This document shows positions 17,118-26,228 of a stretch of DNA of 64,000 nucleotides, piece by piece. This stretch comes from an uncultured Dehalococcoidia bacterium (GTDB taxonomy: Bacteria > Chloroflexota > Dehalococcoidia > Lucifugimonadales > CAZENU01). The stretch covers positions 3 through 64,002 of the forward strand of contig CAZENU010000001.1 in NCBI GenBank assembly GCA_964513735.1, in the 5' to 3' direction. The notes under the pieces are model-generated. The model saw only the letters and a program-made list of their open reading frames with translations, did not search any database and was not told where the DNA came from. The position numbers and the translations under genes were made by a program. Positions within the stretch are counted from its first letter, which is position 1; each line of letters starts with the position of its first letter.

Positions 17118-18920
17118 ATGGATTTCCTCATCGCAAGAACCTCAATGGCCCTGGGGCTCCTGGTCCCGGTGGCCATAATCGCCGCAGTGGTCTACGGCAT
17201 CATGAAGCTCGTGCGTAGGCCCCGCGAGTTCGCCGATATGGACCTGGGTATCGGCACGGTCCGGCGGCTGTACTTCTACGTCGTCACCCTCGTGGCGCTG
17301 GTCATAGGCGCCAGCGGCGTCGTCTTCATCGCCACCTTCGTAGTCGAGAGCATCTTCATCGGCGGGGATGTCTCCACCTCCACCACCCGGCAGGCAATCG
17401 GACTCTCCATGACCATCGTCGGGCTGCCGCTGTGGTGGTTTCACTGGCGGCTGATAGTCAGGCACGTCGCGGAGATGCCGGTCGAGACACGCTCCGTCGT
17501 CCGCAAGCTGTACATCTACGTCGTACTGGCCATCAGCGGCGGCCTGGTCATGCAGGGCGCGATCGTTGCACTCGGCTTCATGTTTCGCACGTCGGACTTC
17601 TACGGCCGCCCCTGGGCGGCAATGATCGTGTGGGGAGGTGTGTGGGCATTCCACTGGCGGCTGGAGAGCCTGGAGGGCCAGCATACGCCGGAGACGCGGG
17701 CCCTCCGGCGTATCTACATCTACGGGGTGGCCGGCTTCACCCTGGTCATGGCGGCCGCCGGGTTCGGCCAGATAGTCCACCTGGTCCTTCGCGAGGCATA
17801 CGACGCCCTGGTCTCCCCTCCCACGGTGGCATCCTCCAGCCTGTCGGACGAACAGACGAGAAGGGCGCTGATCCTATTAGTGGTGGGGGGCGCGGTCTGG
17901 GCGGGGCACTGGGTTTACTTGTCCAGGGACGACGAGGACTCGGTCCTGAGGCAGCTATACGTCTACGTCCTGGCCCAGTTCGTGCCCTTCGTGGCGGTCT
18001 TCGTAGCCTCGGGCCTCGCGCTAAACGAGACCCTGGTGTGGGCCATCGGCGTGCCCGAGGATACCATCTCGGTGCACTTCCGCTTCATCCCCGACGCGCT
18101 GACGGTCATGATCGTCGCGGGAAGCGCGCTGGCCTACCACCGGTTCGTCGCGGACCGGAAGGCGCATGGGCCGTCCGCGGAGGCGCAGCACGCTTATCCT
18201 TACGCCCTGGCCGGAGTGGGGCTGCTGGCCCTGACGCTGGCCATATCCATGCTGGTCAACACCGTGATCGAGTTCGCCTTGGAGCGCGATGCCGCGGTAT
18301 CGGCAAACGAGCTGCTGAGAAACTCCATCGCCCACGTCCTTTCCATCGGAGTGCTGGGCGCGCCGCTGTGGTGGTACTACTGGAACGGCGTGCAAAGGCG
18401 TCTCGAAACGGACGGCCTGGAAGAGCGCTCCGGCCGGCCTAGACGCATCTACCTCACGGCGGCGCAGGGCGTCGGGATGATCGCCCTGCTGAGTAGCGTG
18501 AGCTTCGTCGTCTTCGTGTTCTTCCGCTGGGTACTGGAGGCCGATCTTACCGACTTCGTCCAAGACGCCAGGGTCGGCCTGGCCATCATGGTGCCGGTGG
18601 CCATCTTCCTGCCGTATCACTGGCTCGTGTACCGGGAAGACCGCAGGGTGATCGGTGAGGTAGCGCCTGAGGACCTGCCGCGAGAGAGGAAGTCGGTCAC
18701 GGTATTCGTCAGCCGCGACGCCTGGGGGTTCGTCGAGCAGCTCGAGAAGGCCCTCGGGTATGCGGTTACCCCGCTGGAGTGGACCGACCCCGATGCACGA
18801 GCGCCTGAAATCTCCAACGGCGAGCTCGCCGAACTCGTCCGGCGCATCGGCGACGCGGCGGGGCACAACGTCCTGCTGGTCCCCGACGGCGGCGCCGTCC
18901 GGGTGCTCTCCTACGAGTAG
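17118..18920 (+). CDS. polytopic membrane protein with six tandem two-helix repeats and a soluble C-terminal domain
   Basis: Repeat starts are RRLY/RKLY/RRIY/RQLY/(HAYPY)/RRIY at aa 49, 129, 197, 278, 358 and 442. Each is followed by two TM helices ending in an aromatic W/Y-x-x-H-W motif (WWFHWRL, WAFHWRL, WAGHWVY, LAYHRFV, WWYYWNG, LPYHWLV). About 90 aa of soluble C-terminus. Confidence 0.75.
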   Translation: MDFLIARTSMALGLLVPVAIIAAVVYGIMKLVRRPREFADMDLGIGTVRRLYFYVVTLVALVIGASGVVFIATFVVESIFIGGDVSTSTTRQAIGLSMTIVGLPLWWFHWRLIVRHVAEMPVETRSVVRKLYIYVVLAISGGLVMQGAIVALGFMFRTSDFYGRPWAAMIVWGGVWAFHWRLESLEGQHTPETRALRRIYIYGVAGFTLVMAAAGFGQIVHLVLREAYDALVSPPTVASSSLSDEQTRRALILLVVGGAVWAGHWVYLSRDDEDSVLRQLYVYVLAQFVPFVAVFVASGLALNETLVWAIGVPEDTISVHFRFIPDALTVMIVAGSALAYHRFVADRKAHGPSAEAQHAYPYALAGVGLLALTLAISMLVNTVIEFALERDAAVSANELLRNSIAHVLSIGVLGAPLWWYYWNGVQRRLETDGLEERSGRPRRIYLTAAQGVGMIALLSSVSFVVFVFFRWVLEADLTDFVQDARVGLAIMVPVAIFLPYHWLVYREDRRVIGEVAPEDLPRERKSVTVFVSRDAWGFVEQLEKALGYAVTPLEWTDPDARAPEISNGELAELVRRIGDAAGHNVLLVPDGGAVRVLSYE

Positions 18921-19074
18921 CGGGCCGCTCAGCCCGCACCGATAGACTAGCAGGGTGCCGAAAAGCCCTTTCGACTATCCCCTGACTTCCGTCCCTTCGG
19001 CAGGTTCAGGACACGGCCTGGCCAGGAAGGAAGAAGAAAGGAATATTATCTGAGGGACACCTTCAGACTCCCGG

Positions 19075-19095
19075 CAGAGGGGCTCTGCCCCTCTG
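19075..19095. repeat. perfect 9-bp inverted repeat (CAGAGGGGC tct GCCCCTCTG) inside a repeat-like intergenic region
   Basis: Read directly from the sequence. It lies in the non-coding gap 18921-19201, which also holds GCGGGC cgctca GCCCGC at 18920-18937. Confidence 0.6.
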
Positions 19096-19201
19096 CACAC
19101 CCTATCCTTCCGCAGCCTGCCAGCTGAGCCCGGCAAAGGGATAAGTGGGCCCCACCGAACCTGATACACTCACGCCATCTTCCAAGAGGAGCGCTCTCCC
19201 A

Positions 19202-20062
19202 ATGGCACGCATACACGTCCTGGGCGCGGGCACGCCGACTCCAACGCCGACCAGGTTTGGCTCGTCCTACGTCACCGAGCTGGCAGGAGACCAGGTAATG
19301 GTCGACTGTGGCCCGGCCACGACGCACAAGCTGGTAAAGGCAGGACTTTGGCCGACGGACATCGACTACCTCTTCTTCACGCACCACCACTTCGACCACG
19401 ACGTCGACTATCCGTGCTTCCTGCTCTGCCGCTGGGACCAGAGCATCGGCAAGGAAAACCAGCTCCAGGTCTACGGCCCTACGCTCACCGAGAAGATCAC
19501 CGAGGGCATCATAGGCGAGGATGGCGTTTTCGCCCACGACTGGAAGGCCCGGGTCAGCCACCCCGCCAGCCAGAACGTCCACGTCAACCGCGGCGGGACT
19601 CTGCCACGCAAGCCGCCGGAAGTATTCGCCAAGGACGTTCAGCCCGGCCGCGTGTACTCGGCCAGCGACTGGGAGATGTCGGCGGCCCAGGCCGAACACG
19701 TCCAGCCGTATCTGGACTCGCTGGCCTACCGACTGGACAGCCCCGAGGGCAGCATCGTCTTCACCGGCGACACCGAGCCGTGTCAGGCCGTAGTCGATCT
19801 TGCTCGGGACGCCGACGTGATGCTGTGCATGTGCTGGGACGATCAGGACGCGATGGAGCTCAACGGCGAGGCGTCTCGCCAGTGCGGCACCACCAACGCG
19901 GCGCGGATGGCCCAGGAGGCCGGGGTGAAGAAGCTGGTCCTGGTCCATGTCGGCGCCAATCTGTCCCGACACCCTGTCATGGAGAAAGGTATCGGAGACA
20001 TCAAGCGCATCTACGACGGCGAGGTCGTCTTCTCCGACGAGCTGATGACGATAGACGTGTAG
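19202..20062 (+). CDS. MBL-fold metallo-hydrolase
   Basis: HHHFDH metal-binding motif. Start taken at MARIHVLGAG (ATG 19202). Confidence 0.85.
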   Translation: MARIHVLGAGTPTPTPTRFGSSYVTELAGDQVMVDCGPATTHKLVKAGLWPTDIDYLFFTHHHFDHDVDYPCFLLCRWDQSIGKENQLQVYGPTLTEKITEGIIGEDGVFAHDWKARVSHPASQNVHVNRGGTLPRKPPEVFAKDVQPGRVYSASDWEMSAAQAEHVQPYLDSLAYRLDSPEGSIVFTGDTEPCQAVVDLARDADVMLCMCWDDQDAMELNGEASRQCGTTNAARMAQEAGVKKLVLVHVGANLSRHPVMEKGIGDIKRIYDGEVVFSDELMTIDV

Positions 20063-20064
20063 CC

Positions 20065-20319
20065 ATGCCCGCCACTCCCTACGACCGCATCGCCGACTGG
20101 TACGACGAGCTCGTTCGCACGGCCTGGGGTGACCACGAGCAGACGCTCCCCGAGCTAGGCGATCTGATAGGGGACATCCGGGGCAAGTAGGTCTGCGACC
20201 TCGCCTGAGACCAGGGCTCGCTCACCTGGTGGCTCGCCCGGTCTGGTGGAAGCGTCACGGGCGTCGACATCTCCGAGCGCCTCCTGGAGATTGCGATACG
20301 GGCTCGCCTCGCCCTCTGA
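20065..20319 (+). pseudogene. decayed N-terminal fragment of a class I SAM-dependent methyltransferase (two in-frame stops)
   Basis: One frame reads MPATPYDRIADWYDELV...DIRGK(TAG)VCDLA(TGA)DQGSLTWWLARSGGSVTGVDISERLLEIAIRARLAL(TGA). Motif I (VCDLACGxG) is interrupted by TGA and the protein ends about 85 aa in. Confidence 0.7.
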
Positions 20320-20346
20320 CCCAACCTTCTCCAATATCGTCTGCCG

Positions 20347-20355
20347 TGTTAGAAT
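20347..20355 (+). promoter_or_regulatory. extended -10 promoter element TGTTAGAAT upstream of mfd
   Basis: Exact 9-mer, 70 nt upstream of the mfd GTG. Confidence 0.4.
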
Positions 20356-20424
20356 CGCTTTGTTAGGCTAGCCCGTTTTGTGTGGGCTGACCCTTTCTGC
20401 GTTTCGACCGCGCGAGGGAGGGAT

Positions 20425-23400
20425 GTGACGCTACACGCCCTGGACGGGCTGCTGGACAAGGTGCCGCGCTATCGGCAACTGCTGGACGCACTCGGTGCCG
20501 AAAGACCGCGCGTCAATCTGCAGGTGCTGCCCAACGCGGTGCCCTTCGTGATGTCGTCGCTGAGACGCCGACTCGATTACCCCATGCTGGTGGTCGCTCC
20601 GAAGCCGGAGGAGGCGCGGCGCCTCTACGAACAGCTTACCGTCTGGTCCGGCCCCGACATCGAGGTCCTACACTTCCCCGAGGCCGAAACGCTGCCCTTC
20701 GAGCGGGTCATATCCGACGACGACACCATCCACCAGCGGCTCAGGACGCTGTCCCGGCTGAACCTGGGTGACAGTCCCGTACTGATAGTGGCTTCGGTGG
20801 CCGCGCTGATCCAGAGTACGGTCGACCGCGAGGCCTTCGAGTCGTCATGTCACACGCTGACCGCGGGCCAGGAGGTCGAGCCCGAATCGCTGCTCGACCA
20901 GTGGCAACGAATAGGCTATCGCTTCGAGGCCAACGTCGACGCGCCCGGCCTCGTCAGCCGTCGTGGCGGGATCCTCGACGTCTTCCCGCCCGACGCCGAG
21001 GCCCCCGCCCGCATCGAGCTGTGGGGCAACGAGATCGAGAGCATCCGGCTCTTCGACCCGGCGACCCAGAGGTCCTCGTCCCAGGTAAAGTCCCTGACCG
21101 TCATACCATGTCAGGAGACGCTGCCCGGCCTGGTGTCCAGCGCCGAACTGGGCGAGATCGCCCGCTCCATCGACCTATCCGGCTGCAACGCCGCGACACG
21201 GCAACGCATCTCCGACGAGCTGGAACTGATCCTGGAAGGCCAGCTTGTCGAGGACCTGAACTTCTACGCGGGGCTGTTCAACCACGGGTCGCTGCTGGAC
21301 TACCTGCCGTCGGGGAGCCTGCTGGCCATGCACCGGCCTTCCGACATCGCCGAGGCCGGGCTGGGGATCGACGAGCGCACGCGGCAGCTACGGGAAACCA
21401 AGCAGCGGCGGGGAGAGCTGCCCGCGGGCTTCCCCTCGTCGGACCTCTCCTTGGAGGAGCTGCAGCAGCGGTGCAACTCGGTCACCCGCCGTCTCGAGAC
21501 CTCGCCGTGGGGCGCGACCGACATCACGCATCACGACACTCACAGCCTCCCGTTTACGTCGCCACCGGGCTTCTTCGGGAGGCCGGAGGCCTTCGTGGAG
21601 GCGGCCGACCAGATGGCCGGGGAAGGCCACCGCGTCCTGGCCGTCACCTCCGTGCCAAAACGGCTGGCCGAGATACTGGGAGAATACGGCGTCGAGGCGA
21701 ACATCCCGGACTCGCTGGACGGGCCGCCGCCGCCCGGGTCGGTGACGGTGGTGCAGGCCGAGGGCGCCGGCCTGAGCGAGGGCCTCGTGCTCGCGGCGGA
21801 GGACCACAACCTCACCCTGTTCAGCGACGCCGAGATCTTCGGCGTAGCCAAGCAGCGGCGGTCCGTGCGCAGAAGGGCCGCTCGCCGCGACTCCCTACTC
21901 TCCGAGCTCAGCCCCGGCGACTTCGTCGTCCACGTCGAGCACGGCATCGGCAAGTTCACCGGCACCGGAAGTCCGGAGTGGGACGAGGGAGACCGGGAGT
22001 ACATGATCCTGCAGTACTCCCAGGACGACCGTCTCTATGTACCGATGGACCACCTGGACCGGGTCACCCTTTATATCGCCCCTCTGGACCGGCCTCCCAC
22101 CCTCACCCGCCTGGGTAGCCAGGAGTGGAGCCGTGCCAAGGCCCGGGTGGAGCGTTCCACCCGAGAGATGGCCGCCGAGCTGCTGACGCTCTACGCGGCC
22201 CGCGAGCTGACCAAGGGTCAGGCCGCGGCGCCGGACATCCCGTGGCAGCTCGAGCTCGAGGACTCCTTCCCCTACGAGGAGACGCCGGACCAGATGATGG
22301 CGATCGCCGACGTGAAGGAGGACATGGAGAGCAGCAAGCCCATGGACCGCCTTGTCTGCGGCGACGTCGGATTCGGCAAGACGGAGATCGCCCTTCGCGC
22401 AGCCTTCAAGACGGTCATGGCCGGCAAGCAGGTGGCCGTGCTGGTGCCGACCACCGTGCTGGCGCAGCAGCACTACGTCACCTTCTCGCAGCGCTTGGCC
22501 GCGTACCCGGTCAACGTGGAGGTCCTCAGCCGGTTCAGGTCGGACAGCGAGCAACGGGCTGTCGTGGAGGGACTGGCCGACGGCAACGTCGACATATGTG
22601 TGGGCACGCACCGGCTCATACAGAAGGACGTCGGTTTCAAGGACCTGGGCCTGGTGATAATCGACGAAGAGCAGCGGTTCGGGGTCGCCCACAAGGAGCG
22701 CCTCAAGCAGATGCGCCACGAGGTCGACGTGCTCACGATGACGGCCACGCCGATTCCGAGGACGTTGCACCTGTCGCTGGCCGGCATCCGGGACATGAGC
22801 ACCATCGAGACGGCGCCGGAGGAGCGGCTGCCGATCAAGACGTACGTCTCGGAGTTCGGCGACGAGCTCATCCGGGAGGCCATCCGCCGGGAGATCGACC
22901 GTCAGGGGCAGGTCTTCTTCCTCCACAACCGCGTCCATAACATCGACTACATGGCCGGATACGTTCGGGACCTGGTGCCCGAGGCCAGCGTCGGCGTCGC
23001 CCACGGGCAGATGCCGGAGGAGCAGCTCGAGCGCGCGATGGTGGAGTTCTCCCAGGGCGAGACGGACGTGCTGGTCTGCACGACGATAATCGAGTCCGGG
23101 CTGGACATGCCCAACGTCAACACGCTGATCATCAACAGGGCCGACTCCTTTGGGCTGGCGCAGCTCTACCAGCTTCGAGGCCGTGTCGGACGGGGCGCCC
23201 GGCGGGCCTACGCCTACCTGATGATCCCGCCGTCGAAGAGCCTGACCGAGACCGCCGAGAAGCGGCTCAAGACGATGCTGGCCGCCACCGAGCTCGGCAC
23301 CGGATTCCGGATCGCCATGACCGACCTGGAGATCAGGGGCGCCGGGAGCATTCTGGGCGCGCACCAGAGCGGACACATCCACGCGGTGGGCTTCGACCTG

Positions 23401-23967
23401 TACACGCGGCTCCTCGGCGAGGCCGTCGAGTCCCTCCGGGTGCAGCGCGAGTCGGCGGAAGCCGGCGGAGTGCCGGACGCCGAGCCGGTGGCGGCGCTCA
23501 CTCCGGCGTCCGTGGACCTGGGCATCCCGGCCAACATCCCGGAGGACTACGTGACCGATCTGCCGACCAGGATCGGCATATACCGCAGGCTGGTCGGCGT
23601 GCCCGACGCGGAGGCTGCTCAAACCATAGAGGACGAGCTGCGAGACCGTTTCGGCCCGCTACCCTGGCAGGCCCAGAACCTCATCTATATCGCTCAGCTC
23701 AGGGTGGCCGCCACCAGGGCGGGCGTCCGCTCCATCACCAACGACGGCGAGAAGATCGTGCTGCAGCTCCACGACGAGATCGGCGGGGCCAGGGTGGCAC
23801 TTCAGCGGCGGCTGGAGCGAGGCGTCGAGGCCGGCCACAGCCAGATCAGGCTTGACGTCGCGGCACTGTCCGGCGGCTGGCAGCTCCTTCTGATGAGGAC
23901 GGTCGAGATCCTCAACGTGTTCAGGGACGAGATGGTGGCGCAGCTCATGGCGGTTAGCGCAGACTAG
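20425..23967 (+). CDS. mfd: transcription-repair coupling factor
   Basis: UvrB-homology N-terminus, CarD/TRCF RNAP-interaction region (DFVVHVEHGIGKF), superfamily-2 helicase motifs (GDVGFGKTE, DEEQRFG, TATPIPRT, QLRGRVGR) and the TRG motif. GTG 20425 follows GAGGGAGGG. Confidence 0.95.
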   Translation: MTLHALDGLLDKVPRYRQLLDALGAERPRVNLQVLPNAVPFVMSSLRRRLDYPMLVVAPKPEEARRLYEQLTVWSGPDIEVLHFPEAETLPFERVISDDDTIHQRLRTLSRLNLGDSPVLIVASVAALIQSTVDREAFESSCHTLTAGQEVEPESLLDQWQRIGYRFEANVDAPGLVSRRGGILDVFPPDAEAPARIELWGNEIESIRLFDPATQRSSSQVKSLTVIPCQETLPGLVSSAELGEIARSIDLSGCNAATRQRISDELELILEGQLVEDLNFYAGLFNHGSLLDYLPSGSLLAMHRPSDIAEAGLGIDERTRQLRETKQRRGELPAGFPSSDLSLEELQQRCNSVTRRLETSPWGATDITHHDTHSLPFTSPPGFFGRPEAFVEAADQMAGEGHRVLAVTSVPKRLAEILGEYGVEANIPDSLDGPPPPGSVTVVQAEGAGLSEGLVLAAEDHNLTLFSDAEIFGVAKQRRSVRRRAARRDSLLSELSPGDFVVHVEHGIGKFTGTGSPEWDEGDREYMILQYSQDDRLYVPMDHLDRVTLYIAPLDRPPTLTRLGSQEWSRAKARVERSTREMAAELLTLYAARELTKGQAAAPDIPWQLELEDSFPYEETPDQMMAIADVKEDMESSKPMDRLVCGDVGFGKTEIALRAAFKTVMAGKQVAVLVPTTVLAQQHYVTFSQRLAAYPVNVEVLSRFRSDSEQRAVVEGLADGNVDICVGTHRLIQKDVGFKDLGLVIIDEEQRFGVAHKERLKQMRHEVDVLTMTATPIPRTLHLSLAGIRDMSTIETAPEERLPIKTYVSEFGDELIREAIRREIDRQGQVFFLHNRVHNIDYMAGYVRDLVPEASVGVAHGQMPEEQLERAMVEFSQGETDVLVCTTIIESGLDMPNVNTLIINRADSFGLAQLYQLRGRVGRGARRAYAYLMIPPSKSLTETAEKRLKTMLAATELGTGFRIAMTDLEIRGAGSILGAHQSGHIHAVGFDLYTRLLGEAVESLRVQRESAEAGGVPDAEPVAALTPASVDLGIPANIPEDYVTDLPTRIGIYRRLVGVPDAEAAQTIEDELRDRFGPLPWQAQNLIYIAQLRVAATRAGVRSITNDGEKIVLQLHDEIGGARVALQRRLERGVEAGHSQIRLDVAALSGGWQLLLMRTVEILNVFRDEMVAQLMAVSAD

Positions 23968-24103
23968 AGGTGCGTAACATAACCGCGGAAAGCGCGGAGA
24001 TCGCCGAGAAATCAAGTTTGAAGGTCCCTACCTCTGTGTTCTCAGCGTGCTTTGCGGTGAGCTCTGTTAGAGACGGCAACCCGCAGCCCTGGAGGTATCT
24101 ACC

Positions 24104-25441
24104 ATGCGTGACCGACTGATGGCGCTGGATGAGGCGGGGGACCCCATACAGGTCGCCATCATCGGCTGCGGCCGGTTCGGGTCGATGATGATCGCCCAGA
24201 TCGCCCGCATGCCCGGGATGCGTGTGGCCGTGGCATGCGATCTCGACGCCGAGCGCGCGACAGAGGCCCTGGGGCGCGGTGAGCGCGAAGTCAGGCCCGT
24301 CATTGCCCAAAGCGTCTCGAAGGCAAACGACGCCATCGAGCGCAACATCCCGGTGGTCACCGAATCGTCGCAGGTCGCGATCAAAGCCGAGGTCGACGTG
24401 GTGGTGGAGGCCACCGGCATCCCCGACGCCGGAGCCCGCCACGCCTTCGATGCCATCATGGCAGGGACGCACGTCGTGATGGTCAACGTCGAGGCCGACG
24501 TGCTGGTGGGGCCCATCCTAAAGAAGATGGCGGACAGCGCGGGGGTCGTCTACAGCCTGGCCTACGGCGACCAGCCGGCACTGATCGAGGAACTGTACGA
24601 CTGGGCGGCGGGCCTAGGCTTCGAGGTCGTCGCGGCCGGGAAGGGAACGATGTACCTGCCGGAGTACCGCAATGGGACACCCGACGAGGCGCTGGCCCGT
24701 TACGGCTACTCGCTCGAGGACGCCGCCGTGGCCGGGCTAAACCCGCGGATGTACAACTCGTTCCTGGACGGCACCAAATCCGCGGTCGAGATGTGCGCGG
24801 TCGCCAACATGACCGGCCTGATGCCCGACGTCCCCGGCATGCACTTCCCGCCGGCCGGCGTCCGGGACCTGCCACGCATCCTGATACCCGAGGAGGACGG
24901 CGGCATTCTGTCGCGTAGGGGGGTCGTGGAGGTCGTCAGCTCGCTGGACCGCGACGGCTCGGAGGTGGCGGAGTCGACCCGCTGGGGTGTGTTCGCCGTG
25001 ATCACCAGCGACAGTGACTATCTCCGGCGGTGCCTGAAGGACTACGGGCTACCGACGGACCCGTCGGGCCGATACGGCGCAGTCTACCGCCCCTACCATC
25101 TCGTCGGCATGGAGGCGCCGGTCTCCATCGCCAGGGCCGCTCTCTACGGCGAGGCCACCGGGTCTCCAAGAGCGAGGGTGGGCGAGGTGGTGGCCGTAAC
25201 CAAGCGCCGCCTGGACCCGGGGGACGTGCTCGACGGCGAGGGCGGCTCGACGGTTTACGGTATCCTGGTCGACGCGACCCACTCGACGGCCGAGCGCATG
25301 CTGCCCATCGGGCTATGCCACGGCGCGAGGGTCGTCCGGCCGGCGGTCGACGGCCAGACGCTGGGCTACGGCCACGTGGAGCTCCCGCCGAGCGGCTTCG
25401 CCCGCCGGCTCCGCGAGATCCAACTGGAGAGCGCGGCCTAG
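24104..25441 (+). CDS. NAD(P)-binding oxidoreductase with C-terminal SAF domain (COG4091-like predicted homoserine dehydrogenase family)
   Basis: Rossmann motif VAIIGCGRFG at the N-terminus and a SAF-like C-terminal segment (VAVTKRRLDPGDVLDGEGG). Confidence 0.7.
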   Translation: MRDRLMALDEAGDPIQVAIIGCGRFGSMMIAQIARMPGMRVAVACDLDAERATEALGRGEREVRPVIAQSVSKANDAIERNIPVVTESSQVAIKAEVDVVVEATGIPDAGARHAFDAIMAGTHVVMVNVEADVLVGPILKKMADSAGVVYSLAYGDQPALIEELYDWAAGLGFEVVAAGKGTMYLPEYRNGTPDEALARYGYSLEDAAVAGLNPRMYNSFLDGTKSAVEMCAVANMTGLMPDVPGMHFPPAGVRDLPRILIPEEDGGILSRRGVVEVVSSLDRDGSEVAESTRWGVFAVITSDSDYLRRCLKDYGLPTDPSGRYGAVYRPYHLVGMEAPVSIARAALYGEATGSPRARVGEVVAVTKRRLDPGDVLDGEGGSTVYGILVDATHSTAERMLPIGLCHGARVVRPAVDGQTLGYGHVELPPSGFARRLREIQLESAA

Positions 25442-26157
25442 TCGGAACCCGCTGGGAGCTCGTCGAGCAGCGAAGGCAGCTCAGACATGCCGACTATGCG
25501 GGGGCAGCGGTCGAAGTCGGGGTGGTTGCCGTCGCGGTCCAGCAGCACCGCGGAGATTCCCGCGGCCAGAGCGCCGTCGACGTCGGACGCAGGCTGGTCG
25601 CCCACGTGGACCGCCTGCCCCGCCTTGACGCCCGCGCGCCTCAGCGCCTCGACGAAGATCCGCGGTGACGGTTTGTCCGCTCCTACCTCGCCGGAGGTGA
25701 CGATGACGTCGAGGCGGCCGGCCAGGCCCAGACCGGCGGCCAGCTCCACTCCATCGCGGTCGATGTTGGTGATCATCCCGATCACCAGCCCCCGGGCGGC
25801 CAGCACGTCCATCACCGGGGCAACGTCGTCGAAGGCGGCCAGGCCGTACTCGACCTCGCTAATGGCGCGCCATATCTCCAGTGCCTGCTCGGCGGTCACG
25901 TCGGCACCGGCACGGACCAGGATGAGCCGCTCGTACTCGGAGAAGAACCGGTCCTTCTCCTCCGGGCTACGAAGCCTAATCGGGGAGACTGAGTTCTGCT
26001 GGGCCATGTAGGCGTCGGCCGAGGCGTAGCCCGCAGTGATGCCCTCCTGCGTTACCTGGACCCCGAAGGGCACGCAAGCCTGGGACTGGATCTCGTAGCG
26101 GGAGGGTCGGAAGCCGGCCAGGGTGCCGTACATGTCGAAGAAAACGGCCTTGATCAT
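25438..26157 (-). CDS. HAD-superfamily hydrolase
   Basis: Motif I FFDMYGTL, motif II ITN, motif IV GDQPASDVDGA. Confidence 0.85.
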   Translation of the reverse strand: MIKAVFFDMYGTLAGFRPSRYEIQSQACVPFGVQVTQEGITAGYASADAYMAQQNSVSPIRLRSPEEKDRFFSEYERLILVRAGADVTAEQALEIWRAISEVEYGLAAFDDVAPVMDVLAARGLVIGMITNIDRDGVELAAGLGLAGRLDVIVTSGEVGADKPSPRIFVEALRRAGVKAGQAVHVGDQPASDVDGALAAGISAVLLDRDGNHPDFDRCPRIVGMSELPSLLDELPAGSD

Positions 26158-26228
26158 AGGATGCCTATGATAGCATTGACACTTGGGCTTACAGGCCTGT
26201 TGAAACTGCCCGATGCCCGAGGGACCAG

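Noticed and set aside
23983-24075. The hairpins after mfd (CCGCG gaaag CGCGG, and the imperfect ctcagcg/gcggtgag) as a terminator or repeat element.
   Set aside because: The stems are short or imperfect, there is no U-run, and no second copy exists in the window. This is not enough to call a feature.
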